Positions 1 to 9,312 are shown, numbered from the stretch's first letter. The stretch is 64,000 nucleotides of DNA from Alphaproteobacteria bacterium (GCA_022449545.1 JAKUPN010000002.1:123255-187254), one strand, 5' to 3'. Made by a program: numbers and translations. Notes: generated by a model from the letters alone, not told the origin.

Positions 1-343
1 AACCAAAAGACCCTGGAAAACGAACTTTAGTATCTGGATAGTCGCCGATCCCAACTAAATTTATATTTGCTCCTCCATCAATCTGGCCTCCACCGAGAAA
101 AAAAGCGTCTATTCTGCCTTGGGCCGCGCAGTCGAACAGTTCTGTTCCGCCATTAGTAAAAATATTATGTTCTTCACTACCCAGCATAGACACGCGTAAG
201 TCTGTCAAACTATTGGCTCTAGCTAGTAATGCTGCGCTTCCCGGTATTGGGGATGATGCTCCGACAGCCACATGACTCATGCCATTTAGCATTTCCGAGA
301 TTACAGAAATTAACATTTCTTCGTGTTTTATAACTTCACTCAT
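1..343 (-). CDS. CoA-transferase subunit B (glutaconate/3-oxoacid CoA-transferase family), partial; N-terminus at 343, runs off the window edge
   Basis: The minus-strand reading from the ATG at 343..341 gives MSEVIKHEEMLISVISEML...GGGQIDGGANINLVGIG, which resembles CoA-transferase beta subunits. The start overlaps the stop of the upstream A subunit (ATGA), suggesting translational coupling. This gene is not in the ORF track because it is truncated. Confidence 0.5.
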   Translation of the reverse strand, partial: MSEVIKHEEMLISVISEMLNGMSHVAVGASSPIPGSAALLARANSLTDLRVSMLGSEEHNIFTNGGTELFDCAAQGRIDAFFLGGGQIDGGANINLVGIGDYPDTKVRFPGSFG

Positions 344-1164
344 TCTGCGGCTTTCGGTTCAAAAACATACTCATTTATATATTCTTTAAAGCCTTCATCA
401 GTTTTTGCCATATCCATATAAATCTCTAAATGATTTTCATCTGGGGGATAGTTACCGAATAACCCTACTGGCCAGGCTCCGTTTTCTGCTAGTGCTAGGC
501 CATCTATATAAAGGGAAGGGATTGTTCCTGGAGCCATGCTCTCTTCTGATAGAAGGTTTCCATCAAACAATTTTTCATAAGTCACTAACGTTTTTTTAGA
601 AGCGTGTGCCATGACCATCATTTCTCGCCTTACACCCACCCAGACATTCCCATTGCTGTCAGCTAAAGGAACGTGAATTAAGGTTATGTCTGGCGTAATT
701 GCCTTTACCAAAATTAGTGGTTCTTCACTTTCACTGAATGGGTTACTCGCTTCAATCCAGTCGAGGCGATGTTTTGAGAGATCAGAACCTATTATGCCGC
801 GTACAGGCATAAATGGTATTCCTTTCTGTGCAGCTTGTAATCCTGCATGAATAGCTGGGCAGGTTCCATCAATTATATTTATGGTTCCGTTTTTAATAGC
901 CGAAGTAAACCTCGGGGCTAGGCCGTGTTCTCCTATCGTCACTGCAGCAGTTTCAATGGTTTTAACGCAACCAGCACCTATTAACATATCGCCTTGGAAC
1001 CCTACAGATGGCACACCTATTATATGTAGGCTAGTTACTCCTCGTTTAATAAGTTTTCTAATCGCTTCCATTGGGCAGCCGCTGTAGTCAGGTGCTAAAG
1101 CAATTTTAGAACTGTCGGGAATATTTGAAACTAGGGTTTCTACTTTTTCAAAATGCTTGGTCAC
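340..1164 (-). CDS. CoA-transferase subunit A (GctA-like); start uncertain
   Basis: The 319-aa ORF 340..1299 overlaps the divergent ACAD start by 42 nt. Similarity to GctA N-termini (MSKVMTL...IALGGF) begins near KVETLVSNIPDSSKIAL, so a GTG start near 1164 is more plausible. The gene ends with ATGA coupling to the B subunit. Confidence 0.55.
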   Translation of the reverse strand: MTKHFEKVETLVSNIPDSSKIALAPDYSGCPMEAIRKLIKRGVTSLHIIGVPSVGFQGDMLIGAGCVKTIETAAVTIGEHGLAPRFTSAIKNGTINIIDGTCPAIHAGLQAAQKGIPFMPVRGIIGSDLSKHRLDWIEASNPFSESEEPLILVKAITPDITLIHVPLADSNGNVWVGVRREMMVMAHASKKTLVTYEKLFDGNLLSEESMAPGTIPSLYIDGLALAENGAWPVGLFGNYPPDENHLEIYMDMAKTDEGFKEYINEYVFEPKAAE

Positions 1165-1257
1165 TTTTGAGAATCTTTCTGTAATTATACCATGGTGTAA
1201 TATGTACTTTCTGATGTTAAATAGATCTACAAGGAATTTAAAGGTGCAGGAGTAAAA

Positions 1258-2451
1258 ATGAATTTCTATATCCCAAGTGAAATTGAAGCAATTTCTCAAT
1301 CCGCTAAACGTTTTACTGAGTCAGAAATCCTTCCAAATATTGATTCAATGGAAGCTTCTGGCGAGTTTCCACATAAGATAATAGAAAAAATGGGAGAAAT
1401 TGGTTTATTTGGTGCATCATTTCCAGAAAGTTTAGGTGGAACAGCTGCAGGATTTTTGGCAGTAGCAGTGATATCTGAAGAAATATCGCGTCTGGCTCCT
1501 GAATTCGGTTATGCAATGAATATGCAAGCTATGACTTGCCCTTTCACCATTTTTAACTGGGGTAATGAAGATCAGATTGATAGGTTTGTTCCAGATTTAA
1601 TTAAAGGTAAGAAAGTAGGGATGTTTGCCTTAACAGAATCAGGTGGAGGCTCAGATGCCTCTGGTTCCATGAACACAAAGGCAACAAAAAGCAATGATGT
1701 TTATAAGATCAATGGCTCAAAGCAATGGATAACGTTTGCTAATTCGTGTGATACGGGTATCTTATTTGCTAAGACAGACTTAGACGCAGGACATAGAGGA
1801 ATCACTGCATTTATAGTCGAACCCAAACGTTATGACGGCTTTTCGGCCTCTCCGATACCCATGACTGGACTATCGAAGGCTTTGTGTTCAAATGCTGTTT
1901 ATCTAGATGATTTCACTGTTCCTATAGAAAATCGATTGGGAGATGAGGGTGAGGGGTTTAAAATAGCGATGAACGCGCTAGAATATGGACGTTTAACAGT
2001 TTCTGCGCGATCGGTTGGATTGGCTCAGGCCTGTTTAGATGAGTCGGTTCGCTACGCTAATGAGAGGGTCATTCGTGGTCATACAATTGGACAGTATCAA
2101 ATGGTACAACAATTGATAGCTGATATGGTTGTAAATATCGATGCCGCAAGGCTATTAGTGCATCGCACTGCTTGGCTAATGGACGAGGGAAAACCCTCGA
2201 CTCGAGCCACGTCTCGGGCCAAATATGCAGCAGTCAATGCAGCTAAACATGCTGCTTCTTGCGCTGCAGAAATTTTTGCTGGATATGCGCTAGCAGATGA
2301 ATATCCAATAAAAAAATTTACCTCATATGTTAATATGCTAGCAGTGGGCGAGGGCACAGCGAACGTGCAGCGTATTTTAATAGCGGAAGATGAGTTAGGT
2401 ATTAAGGATGCAAACAGACACCCGGTTAGAAATCGGTTACGGGTCAATTAG
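1258..2451 (+). CDS. acyl-CoA dehydrogenase
   Basis: The 397-aa product is a typical ACAD, with motifs such as GMFALTESGGGSDASG, YKINGSKQWITFA and an FAGYA C-terminal region. An AGGAG RBS sits upstream. Confidence 0.85.
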   Translation: MNFYIPSEIEAISQSAKRFTESEILPNIDSMEASGEFPHKIIEKMGEIGLFGASFPESLGGTAAGFLAVAVISEEISRLAPEFGYAMNMQAMTCPFTIFNWGNEDQIDRFVPDLIKGKKVGMFALTESGGGSDASGSMNTKATKSNDVYKINGSKQWITFANSCDTGILFAKTDLDAGHRGITAFIVEPKRYDGFSASPIPMTGLSKALCSNAVYLDDFTVPIENRLGDEGEGFKIAMNALEYGRLTVSARSVGLAQACLDESVRYANERVIRGHTIGQYQMVQQLIADMVVNIDAARLLVHRTAWLMDEGKPSTRATSRAKYAAVNAAKHAASCAAEIFAGYALADEYPIKKFTSYVNMLAVGEGTANVQRILIAEDELGIKDANRHPVRNRLRVN

Positions 2452-2460
2452 GAGAAATCA

Positions 2461-4854
2461 ATGGTCAATGAAACGATAACAGCTCCAGACGCAAGTGTTC
2501 TTGGTCGACCAAATTCGTATATTGGTCGAAGTGTGCCACGCCCTAATGCAAAACGACTTATGGCGGGGCAGGGCCAGTTTGTTGATGATATGAAACTTCA
2601 GCGCATGGTTCATGTCGCATTTGTTCGATCTCCTTATGCACATGCCCACATAAAAGGAATTGATACTAAAGCTGCTTCAAGTAGTCCCGGGGTCGTCAAA
2701 GTAATAACTGCAAAAGATTTAGAATCATATTGTTCTCCTTGGGTAGGAGTGTTAACCCATTTCAAAGGACTGAAATCGGCTCCTCAGCATCCGCTTGCGG
2801 CTGATCATGTTTGTTGGCAGGGAGAAGCGGTTGCCGCAGTCGTAGCAAATAGTCGTGCAGAAGCAGAGGATGCAGTCGCTTTGGTTGAGGTTTCATATGA
2901 AGAACTACCCGTAGTAAGCGAACCTGAAACTGCAGCAGATCCTTCTACGCATGTGATTCATCCCGAATTAGGAGATAATATTGCTTTCGAAAATTCAGTT
3001 GAGGCTGGTGATGTTGATTCAGCATTTAGTAACGCCGCTTTAATAGTAGAAGAAAACTTTCTTTTTGAACGCCACACAGGCGTTACGCTCGAACCTAGGG
3101 TTATGCTGTCTGATTACAATCAGACTGAGGACAAGTTAACTGTTTATATGTCTTTCCAGGCCCCTCACATGATGCAACATATTTTTGCTAAACATATCAG
3201 TGTGCCTGAGGGGAACGTTCGAGTTATTTGCCAAGATGTGGGAGGGTCGTTTGGCATAAAAGTACATATATACGCTGATGAGATGGCTACTGCGGCTATC
3301 TCTAAAATGTTAGGCAGGCCTGTTAAGTTTACCGCGGATAGGCTGGAGTCATTCGTAACTGATATTCACGCGCGACACCATAGGGTTAATGGACGTATGG
3401 CTTTTTCTTCTCAGGGAGAGATTTTGGGCATCGAAATAGACGCCCTAACTGGTATTGGCCCCTATTCGATGTATCCACGTACAAGCGCGATGGAAACGAA
3501 CCAAGTCTTAAACTTTACAGGCGGCCCCTATAAACATGAAAACTACAGGGCTAAATCTCAAGTTGTTTTTCAAAATAAAAATGTTATGTGCCAATATCGC
3601 GCTGTTGGCCATCCAATAGCATTTGCTGTCACTGAGGGCCTGCTAGAAAAGGGCGCCCATCAGTTAGAGATTGATCCAGTTGAAATTCGGCGGCTTAATT
3701 TAATTCCCGATGACGCATACCCCACTAAGGGAGCCAGCGGAATAATTCTAGAAGCATTGTCTCATGAGAAGAGTCTCGAGAAATTAATGGAAATGATGGA
3801 TTACGAGGCAATCAAAAGTGATCGGGATACACTTCGTGAATCAGGAGTTTATCGAGGCATCGGATTTGCAGCAATGATAGAGCTGACTAATCCAGGTGCG
3901 ATGATGTATGGGATTGGAGGGGCGCGTATTTCATCGCAGGATGGCGCTCAGGTGCGCCTTGATTCTGGTGGCTCAATTATAGTCCATCATAGTGTTACAG
4001 AGCAGGGTCAGGGGACAGATGCTATAATGGCTCAAATAGCTGCAACAGCCTTTGGAATTGAAATTGATAAAGTTCGGGTGGTTAGCGGAGACACAGATAA
4101 TGTGCCGACCGGCGGTGGAACATGGGGTTCTCGAGGTGCTGGCATAGGAGGCGAGGCTGTACTAATCGCATCTAAAGCCTTGCGCAATAACGTTGTCGAT
4201 TTAGCTGGACAGTTATTGCAGTCTGAGCCTGAGGCACTAGATATTGTTGAAGGCGTTATCGTCGATAAGGCGGATGGCACGGAACGCATGCCTTTAAGCG
4301 AAGTTGCAAGGATTGGTTATTTTCGCTCTGATTTAATACCGAAAGGTTTTCAAGCTGAGTTAATGGCAACCCGTCATTTCGTCCCTCGCGAATATAACAT
4401 TGCTTTTACAAATGGAATTCAAGCTTGTCATGTAGAGGTAGACCCTGAAACAGGTTTTGTAAAAATTTTAAAACATTGGGTTGTGGAAGACTGTGGCACA
4501 GTCATTAACCCTCTCCTGGTCGATGAGCAAGTACGGGGAGGTGTTATCTGGGGTCGCGGGGGGGCTTTACTTGAAGAATGTGTTTACGACGAAAGTGGTA
4601 ATATGATTAATGCGAATATGGCCGATTACCTGGTTCCTATGGCAATGGAGATGCCAGATATTGAAGTTGGGCATGTAGAAACACCGACAATGGATTCTGA
4701 GCTTGGCGCTAAGGGGGCTGGAGAAGCTGGAACCGCTGGAGCCCCAGCGGCAGTTATGAATGCGATCAATGATGCCATTAGGCCTTTTAACGCGCGTGTT
4801 TCTCATCAGCCGATTACACCGCAGAAGATTTTATCTGCTTTAGGAAAATTTTAG
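2461..4854 (+). CDS. xanthine dehydrogenase family molybdopterin-binding (large) subunit, CoxL/aldehyde oxidase-like
   Basis: The 797-aa product has a Mo hydroxylase large-subunit N-terminus and core (VAFVRSPYAHAHIKGID, GGSFG, GxGEAG near the C-terminus). A GGAG RBS is present. No adjacent FeS or FAD subunit genes were found. Confidence 0.8.
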   Translation: MVNETITAPDASVLGRPNSYIGRSVPRPNAKRLMAGQGQFVDDMKLQRMVHVAFVRSPYAHAHIKGIDTKAASSSPGVVKVITAKDLESYCSPWVGVLTHFKGLKSAPQHPLAADHVCWQGEAVAAVVANSRAEAEDAVALVEVSYEELPVVSEPETAADPSTHVIHPELGDNIAFENSVEAGDVDSAFSNAALIVEENFLFERHTGVTLEPRVMLSDYNQTEDKLTVYMSFQAPHMMQHIFAKHISVPEGNVRVICQDVGGSFGIKVHIYADEMATAAISKMLGRPVKFTADRLESFVTDIHARHHRVNGRMAFSSQGEILGIEIDALTGIGPYSMYPRTSAMETNQVLNFTGGPYKHENYRAKSQVVFQNKNVMCQYRAVGHPIAFAVTEGLLEKGAHQLEIDPVEIRRLNLIPDDAYPTKGASGIILEALSHEKSLEKLMEMMDYEAIKSDRDTLRESGVYRGIGFAAMIELTNPGAMMYGIGGARISSQDGAQVRLDSGGSIIVHHSVTEQGQGTDAIMAQIAATAFGIEIDKVRVVSGDTDNVPTGGGTWGSRGAGIGGEAVLIASKALRNNVVDLAGQLLQSEPEALDIVEGVIVDKADGTERMPLSEVARIGYFRSDLIPKGFQAELMATRHFVPREYNIAFTNGIQACHVEVDPETGFVKILKHWVVEDCGTVINPLLVDEQVRGGVIWGRGGALLEECVYDESGNMINANMADYLVPMAMEMPDIEVGHVETPTMDSELGAKGAGEAGTAGAPAAVMNAINDAIRPFNARVSHQPITPQKILSALGKF

Positions 4855-4893
4855 ATTTATTAATTAAGTAATTAAAAATTTGGTGAAGGTTTA

Positions 4894-5586
4894 GTGTCTG
4901 ATATTGAGATCATTAGCTCTGCAACATGTCCTTTTGCGCAAAGAACAAGAATGGTTCTTTTGGAAAAAAACATCAATTTTGCGCTAATTGAAATTGACCT
5001 TGAAGACAAGCCAGACTGGTTTAAGGAAATTTCTCCTTACGGTAAGGTTCCAGTATTAAAGCACGACGGTAATATCGTGGTTGAATCAAGTATTATCAAT
5101 GAGTACTTAGAAGAAGTTTTTCCCAAAAACCCCCTGTTGCCGCTTGAGCCATCTAAAAGGGCTTTAGCTCGTAGGTGGATTGATTTTTCGAATGTAAGAC
5201 TGATTCCATATATATATAAAATAATGTTGGCGCAGGATATTGAAGCGCAAAATTTCAATGCTAAAAAACTAACTCAAGCATTATTAATGATAGAACATGA
5301 TGGCCTGGGTTCAACTTCTTCAGGTCCATATTGGCTCGGAGAAGATGTGGGGCTTGTTGATTTAAGTTTTTTACCCCACCTTCAGCGCATTTGTGTTTTG
5401 GAATATTATAGGAATTTTTATATTCCAGCGGAATGCGTGCTTTTAAATGCTTGGCTTCAGTTAATGTCCTTACGTCCGTCTGTTAATGCGGTATCATCTG
5501 AAAAGAGTGAATTAATTAAAAATTGGTCTAAGTACGCCTTAAACACTAGCACTGGCACAACCGCTGAAGATATGCGTGACCAATAA
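4894..5586 (+). CDS. glutathione S-transferase family protein
   Basis: The N-terminus has a thioredoxin-fold signature (ATCPFAQRTRMVLLEKNI, VPVLKHDGNIVVESSIINEYL). It starts at a GTG. Confidence 0.65.
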   Translation: MSDIEIISSATCPFAQRTRMVLLEKNINFALIEIDLEDKPDWFKEISPYGKVPVLKHDGNIVVESSIINEYLEEVFPKNPLLPLEPSKRALARRWIDFSNVRLIPYIYKIMLAQDIEAQNFNAKKLTQALLMIEHDGLGSTSSGPYWLGEDVGLVDLSFLPHLQRICVLEYYRNFYIPAECVLLNAWLQLMSLRPSVNAVSSEKSELIKNWSKYALNTSTGTTAEDMRDQ

Positions 5587-5703
5587 ATTATGATGTATTG
5601 GAAAACAAAACTATCTGACCAAAATAATTATAGCTTAATTGTTGGCGATTAGCTCACCTGCTAAAAAACAAAAAGTTATTGCTTGCTTCGCGATGGAGAA
5701 AAA

Positions 5704-6936
5704 ATGGTACACATAAGTGAAATGCCTGAACATTTAGCAAAGGCTTTGATAAACCAAGAATTGCCTGTTTATGAATCTACCCCTTGGACTGATTTAAAAT
5801 CTCTCAAAGAAAGTAGGATTGCTTTAATTAGCACGGCTGGTCTGCACCGCAGCGTTGACTCTCCTTTTGTGGCGGGAGCTGGTGACTACAGAATTATTCC
5901 TGATGAATGGGACATGGATGATCTGGTAATGAGCCATGTGTCCACCAACTTCGATCGAACTGGATTCTTTCAAGACCTCAATACTGTCTTTCCCATCGAT
6001 CGACTACATGAGTTGGACGAGGAAGAAGTTATAGGCTCCGTAGCCTCTCGCCATTATTCATTTATGGGAGCTACTCCTCCGCATTTAATGGAAACTGTCG
6101 CACGTGATCTCGCTGGGCTTCTTAAAGAAGATGAGGTTAACGCTGTGCTTTTGGTTCCTGTCTGACCTCAATGTACGCGCGCCGTTGGCGGGCTGTCACA
6201 TGTTTTAGAAAGCGAAGGAGTAGCAACTACACATATAAGCTTGGTTCGCATTCATACTGAAAAGATGAAGCCTCCAAGGGCTTTAGCAGTTCCATTTGAA
6301 TTAGGCAGGCCGTTTGGTGCCCCTAATGAGGTCGAATTTCAAAGGAAAGTTCTGCATAACTGTCTCGAATTACTAGAACGAGAATCAGGCCCTGTCCTTG
6401 AGGATTTTTCTGATTTGCCGCCGGTTGATGAAAATCAAGGCTCAGAGAATTGGGCCTGTCCAGTTAATTTTGCTCCGCCTATGGATGATCTGAATGACGC
6501 AGATTTAATCTATCAGTCTTTATTACAAGAGACAAACCTTTTACGGCCTTGGTATGAAGAAGCGGTAAGGAACTATAAACGGTCAGCATTTGGTGTTTCA
6601 GGAAAGACAACAGCTGAGATTGTCAGATTTATTGCCGATCTTTTGGTTGATCCTCAAAATCAGCAGCCACCTATTGACGGCGTGAATCTTGGCACGGGAT
6701 TTAAAAGAATGGCTGATGATTTGCGTTATTTTTATACAGAAGCAGCTATAGCGCGTCCCGATAAAAAATCGTCCGATATTGATGTAGCTAACTGGCTTTG
6801 GGGTGAAACGACCTTGGGTAAGGTACTGGTGGCTATACGTGATTATGCTATGGAGTGCGATGAGCCGTCACTAAAAGTCTTGTCGGTAACAGCCATGGTG
6901 CCTAGCCATCAGCGTCATCGAACAAAGCACGGTTAA
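5704..6936 (+). CDS. glycine/betaine/sarcosine/D-proline reductase family selenoprotein B (GrdB-like); the in-frame TGA at 6163-6165 is read as selenocysteine
   Basis: Track ORFs 5683..6165 and 6241..6936 are in the same frame, and the 75 nt between them contain no stop other than the TGA. Read-through gives ...LLVPV-U-PQC-TRAVGG..., a U-x-x-C motif. A SECIS-like hairpin follows the TGA. The most likely start is the ATG at 5704, which has a GGAG RBS. The conceptual product is about 410 aa, matching the selenoprotein B family size. The family assignment is from recalled similarity, not a search. Confidence 0.6.
6171..6201 (+). promoter_or_regulatory. candidate bacterial SECIS element (SelB-binding hairpin) just 3' of the in-frame UGA
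   Basis: The sequence AUGUACGCGCGCC-GUUG-GCGGGCUGUCACAU lies at +6..+36 after the UGA. It has a lower stem AUGU/ACAU, a GC-rich upper stem GCGCGCC/GGCGGGC with one mismatch, and an apical G/U-containing loop about 20 nt from the UGA. It stands out as GC-rich in AT-rich surroundings. Confidence 0.45.
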
Positions 6937-6963
6937 TGATAAGGATACTTTTTTCTCTACTGA

Positions 6964-9186
6964 TTACTCAAATACTAGCGATGGTAGTGTTCCTCTGATT
7001 TCGTTGACAGAACCAATAATAGTTGCATCAGGTGCAGACGTTTTAATTAACTCTGCAACGCATTCCTCGGCAAAATCCTCGGAAATAGAGAATAAAAGTC
7101 CTCCAGCTGTTTGAGGGTCGAATAATATAGGATAGGCATTATGACTTATGGGTTTGTGGTAACCAGTCATGGCATTTTGATTGTCTTCCTTCAGGGTGCT
7201 CTCAATTCCTTGTCTGGATAGTTCTGCAGCTCCTTCTAGTAGCGGGAGCGAACTAAGATTTAGGGAGGCACTTACGTTGGAGGCGTTCAACATTTCCACT
7301 AAATGCCCTAACAAACCGAAGCCGGTTACATCTGTGCACGCTTCGACCCTATACTTTTGCAATATAGGAACAAGCGGCCCTAATGAACGCTGCATTGACG
7401 TTATTGCTTGTTCTATCCAGTCTCCACGAGACTTACCTTGCATATCGGCAGCAAATAATATTCCGGTGCCTAAAGGCTTAGTTAAGATTAGTATGTCTTG
7501 AGGCTTTAAAGCTCCTTTGCGCATGATTTTTTCTGGATCAACGTAACCGTTGACAGTCAGCCCAAATGCCATTTCAGCCCCTTCTCCGGTATGTCCTCCT
7601 GCTAGGACTGCATCTGCTTCACTAAGTGTTTTTGTGGCTCCTAACAATAGCTGATAAAGATCGTCTGAAATGATATTTTCATTATTATGTGGCAATAGGA
7701 TGGCCGCAAGCGCTGAGTGTGGTTTAGCTCCCATGGCGAAAATATCTCCTAAACAATGATTAGAAGCTATTTGTGCAAATATATAGGGGTCATCAATGAA
7801 ACTACGAAATTGATCAACGCTTTGAATCAATGCTTTGCCCGACGGTGGAATTATTACAGCAGCGTCATCCGGTGATTCTAGGCCCTGCACCAATCCCTGT
7901 TTAGTTTGGGCAGGCAGTCTATCCAAGGCTTGATGCAGAATTGTTGAAGCAACTTTAGCGCCACAACCGCCACATCGCATTTCCTCTATAATATCATCTT
8001 TACCGTTTGATTTTTTTGTGGCCGACATCTGAGGTAAATTTTGGTATTTTTCTATCCATCTGCGATCTATCCAGTCTTTCCAATGCCAGACCCATTTTCC
8101 TGAGAGCATTATAGAGCCACGAGCTGCGATTGCTCTGCCATCCCCGGTCGTAATTAATGCCAGTGTTTGTTTTTGGGGTTTATATTTTTTTAAGGGAAAT
8201 TCGATAGCTGCTCGTCTTAAGTTCTCTGCTAAGTATGGCCCTTGACGAACTGCATATACCCCTGACTTTGGTAAGTCATAGTTTTCAAGGGATGCTATGT
8301 CACCGGTTGCATAAACTATAGGATGTGAAACAGAACGCAGATTTTTATCTATCCTAATAAAGCCGTTCCGATCTAGGGCTAATCCTGTATCTGCTAGCCA
8401 AGAGGGGGCCTCAGCATTTGTAACCAAGATTGTTCTATCTGCTGGTAATATTTTTCCATTAGAAAGAATTACACTATCAGTGTTAATTTGATTTATTTTT
8501 GTGTCCGTTATAGCCGTAATTCGTCGCTTTTTTATTACATCAATTATTTTTCTTCTAGCAGTCTTATTGAAGTTTGGAAGTAGAGTGCTGAAACCTTCAA
8601 TTATAAAGATTGATAATTTTTCTGGTGTCTTAATTAACGAATGATTGCTGCTTCGTAATTGTTGGTCTAATGATAGGCTCAACTCTACCCCGCCAGCTCC
8701 TCCCCCAACGATAACAATATTATAATTATCTGATTTATCTGAGATTTCTTTATTAATTTCAGCCTGTTCTTTTAAAAAGAGATTGATTGGCTTGACAGGC
8801 AAGGCGTTTTCAGCGCCGCTTATGTCGGAAGATTTTGGGACACTACCGGTGTCAAGTGACAGTAAGTCGAACCTAACATCTGGCCTTCCATCGACGGATA
8901 TTAATCTTTTCGATAAGTCTAGATTTGTAGCTGATGCATGAATAAATCTTGCCCCCGCGAATTTGCTAAGTTTCCGTAGATCTATGAGACTTTCATCTGT
9001 TTTATAGTTTTGTGCTATCAGTCCTGGCACCATTCCAGAATATGGAGTTACAAGATCGCGTGAAATTAAAGTAACCCTCAATCCAGACTGCGGTTTCATA
9101 CCAAACTTTTTTAATACGTGCAGATGACTGTGACCGCCACCGACCAGAACGACATCTTTTTGAAAAGGTTCAGAATTAGTATGCAT
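6964..9186 (-). CDS. selD: selenide, water dikinase SelD fused to an N-terminal FAD/NAD(P)-dependent pyridine nucleotide-disulfide oxidoreductase (NADH dehydrogenase-like) domain
   Basis: The N-terminal half has two Rossmann motifs (VVLVGGGHSH and IVIVGGGAGGVE). The C-terminal half carries the SelD catalytic motif RCGGCGAKV and PurM-like segments (LTKPLGTG, TDVTGFGLLGHL). The track start at 9252 would overlap the tRNA-Sec, so the start was moved to the ATG at 9186 (MHTNSEPF...). Confidence 0.8.
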   Translation of the reverse strand: MHTNSEPFQKDVVLVGGGHSHLHVLKKFGMKPQSGLRVTLISRDLVTPYSGMVPGLIAQNYKTDESLIDLRKLSKFAGARFIHASATNLDLSKRLISVDGRPDVRFDLLSLDTGSVPKSSDISGAENALPVKPINLFLKEQAEINKEISDKSDNYNIVIVGGGAGGVELSLSLDQQLRSSNHSLIKTPEKLSIFIIEGFSTLLPNFNKTARRKIIDVIKKRRITAITDTKINQINTDSVILSNGKILPADRTILVTNAEAPSWLADTGLALDRNGFIRIDKNLRSVSHPIVYATGDIASLENYDLPKSGVYAVRQGPYLAENLRRAAIEFPLKKYKPQKQTLALITTGDGRAIAARGSIMLSGKWVWHWKDWIDRRWIEKYQNLPQMSATKKSNGKDDIIEEMRCGGCGAKVASTILHQALDRLPAQTKQGLVQGLESPDDAAVIIPPSGKALIQSVDQFRSFIDDPYIFAQIASNHCLGDIFAMGAKPHSALAAILLPHNNENIISDDLYQLLLGATKTLSEADAVLAGGHTGEGAEMAFGLTVNGYVDPEKIMRKGALKPQDILILTKPLGTGILFAADMQGKSRGDWIEQAITSMQRSLGPLVPILQKYRVEACTDVTGFGLLGHLVEMLNASNVSASLNLSSLPLLEGAAELSRQGIESTLKEDNQNAMTGYHKPISHNAYPILFDPQTAGGLLFSISEDFAEECVAELIKTSAPDATIIGSVNEIRGTLPSLVFE

Positions 9187-9216
9187 GAATAGCTTTAGTG
9201 TTATAGAAATTGATTG

Positions 9217-9312
9217 TGGCGGAAGAGAGTGGGAGTCGAACCCACCAGGCACGTCTGACGCCCCTCACCGGATTTGAAGTCCGAGCGCCCCACCGGGGTG
9301 CGATCCTCTTCC
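9217..9312 (-). tRNA. selC: tRNA-Sec (selC), anticodon UCA
   Basis: The reverse complement reads GGAAGAGG-AU-CGC(A)CCC[CGGU]GGGGCG-CUCGGA[CUUCAAA]UCCGG-long variable arm-GUGGG[UUCGACU]CCCAC-UCUCUUCC-G-CCA. It has an 8-bp acceptor stem, a 5-bp T stem, a D-arm with a CGGU loop, a UCA anticodon in a CUUCAAA loop, a long extra arm and an encoded CCA. It is 96 nt long. Confidence 0.85.

Noticed and set aside
2097-2447. Numerous antisense or overlapping ORFs in the track (e.g. 2097-2447, 4032-4289, 12386-12882, 14622-15092, 35715-36041, 50567-51208, 55089-55595)
   Set aside because: They lie entirely inside, and antisense or out-of-frame to, well-supported genes and have low-complexity composition. 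I take them as shadow ORFs.
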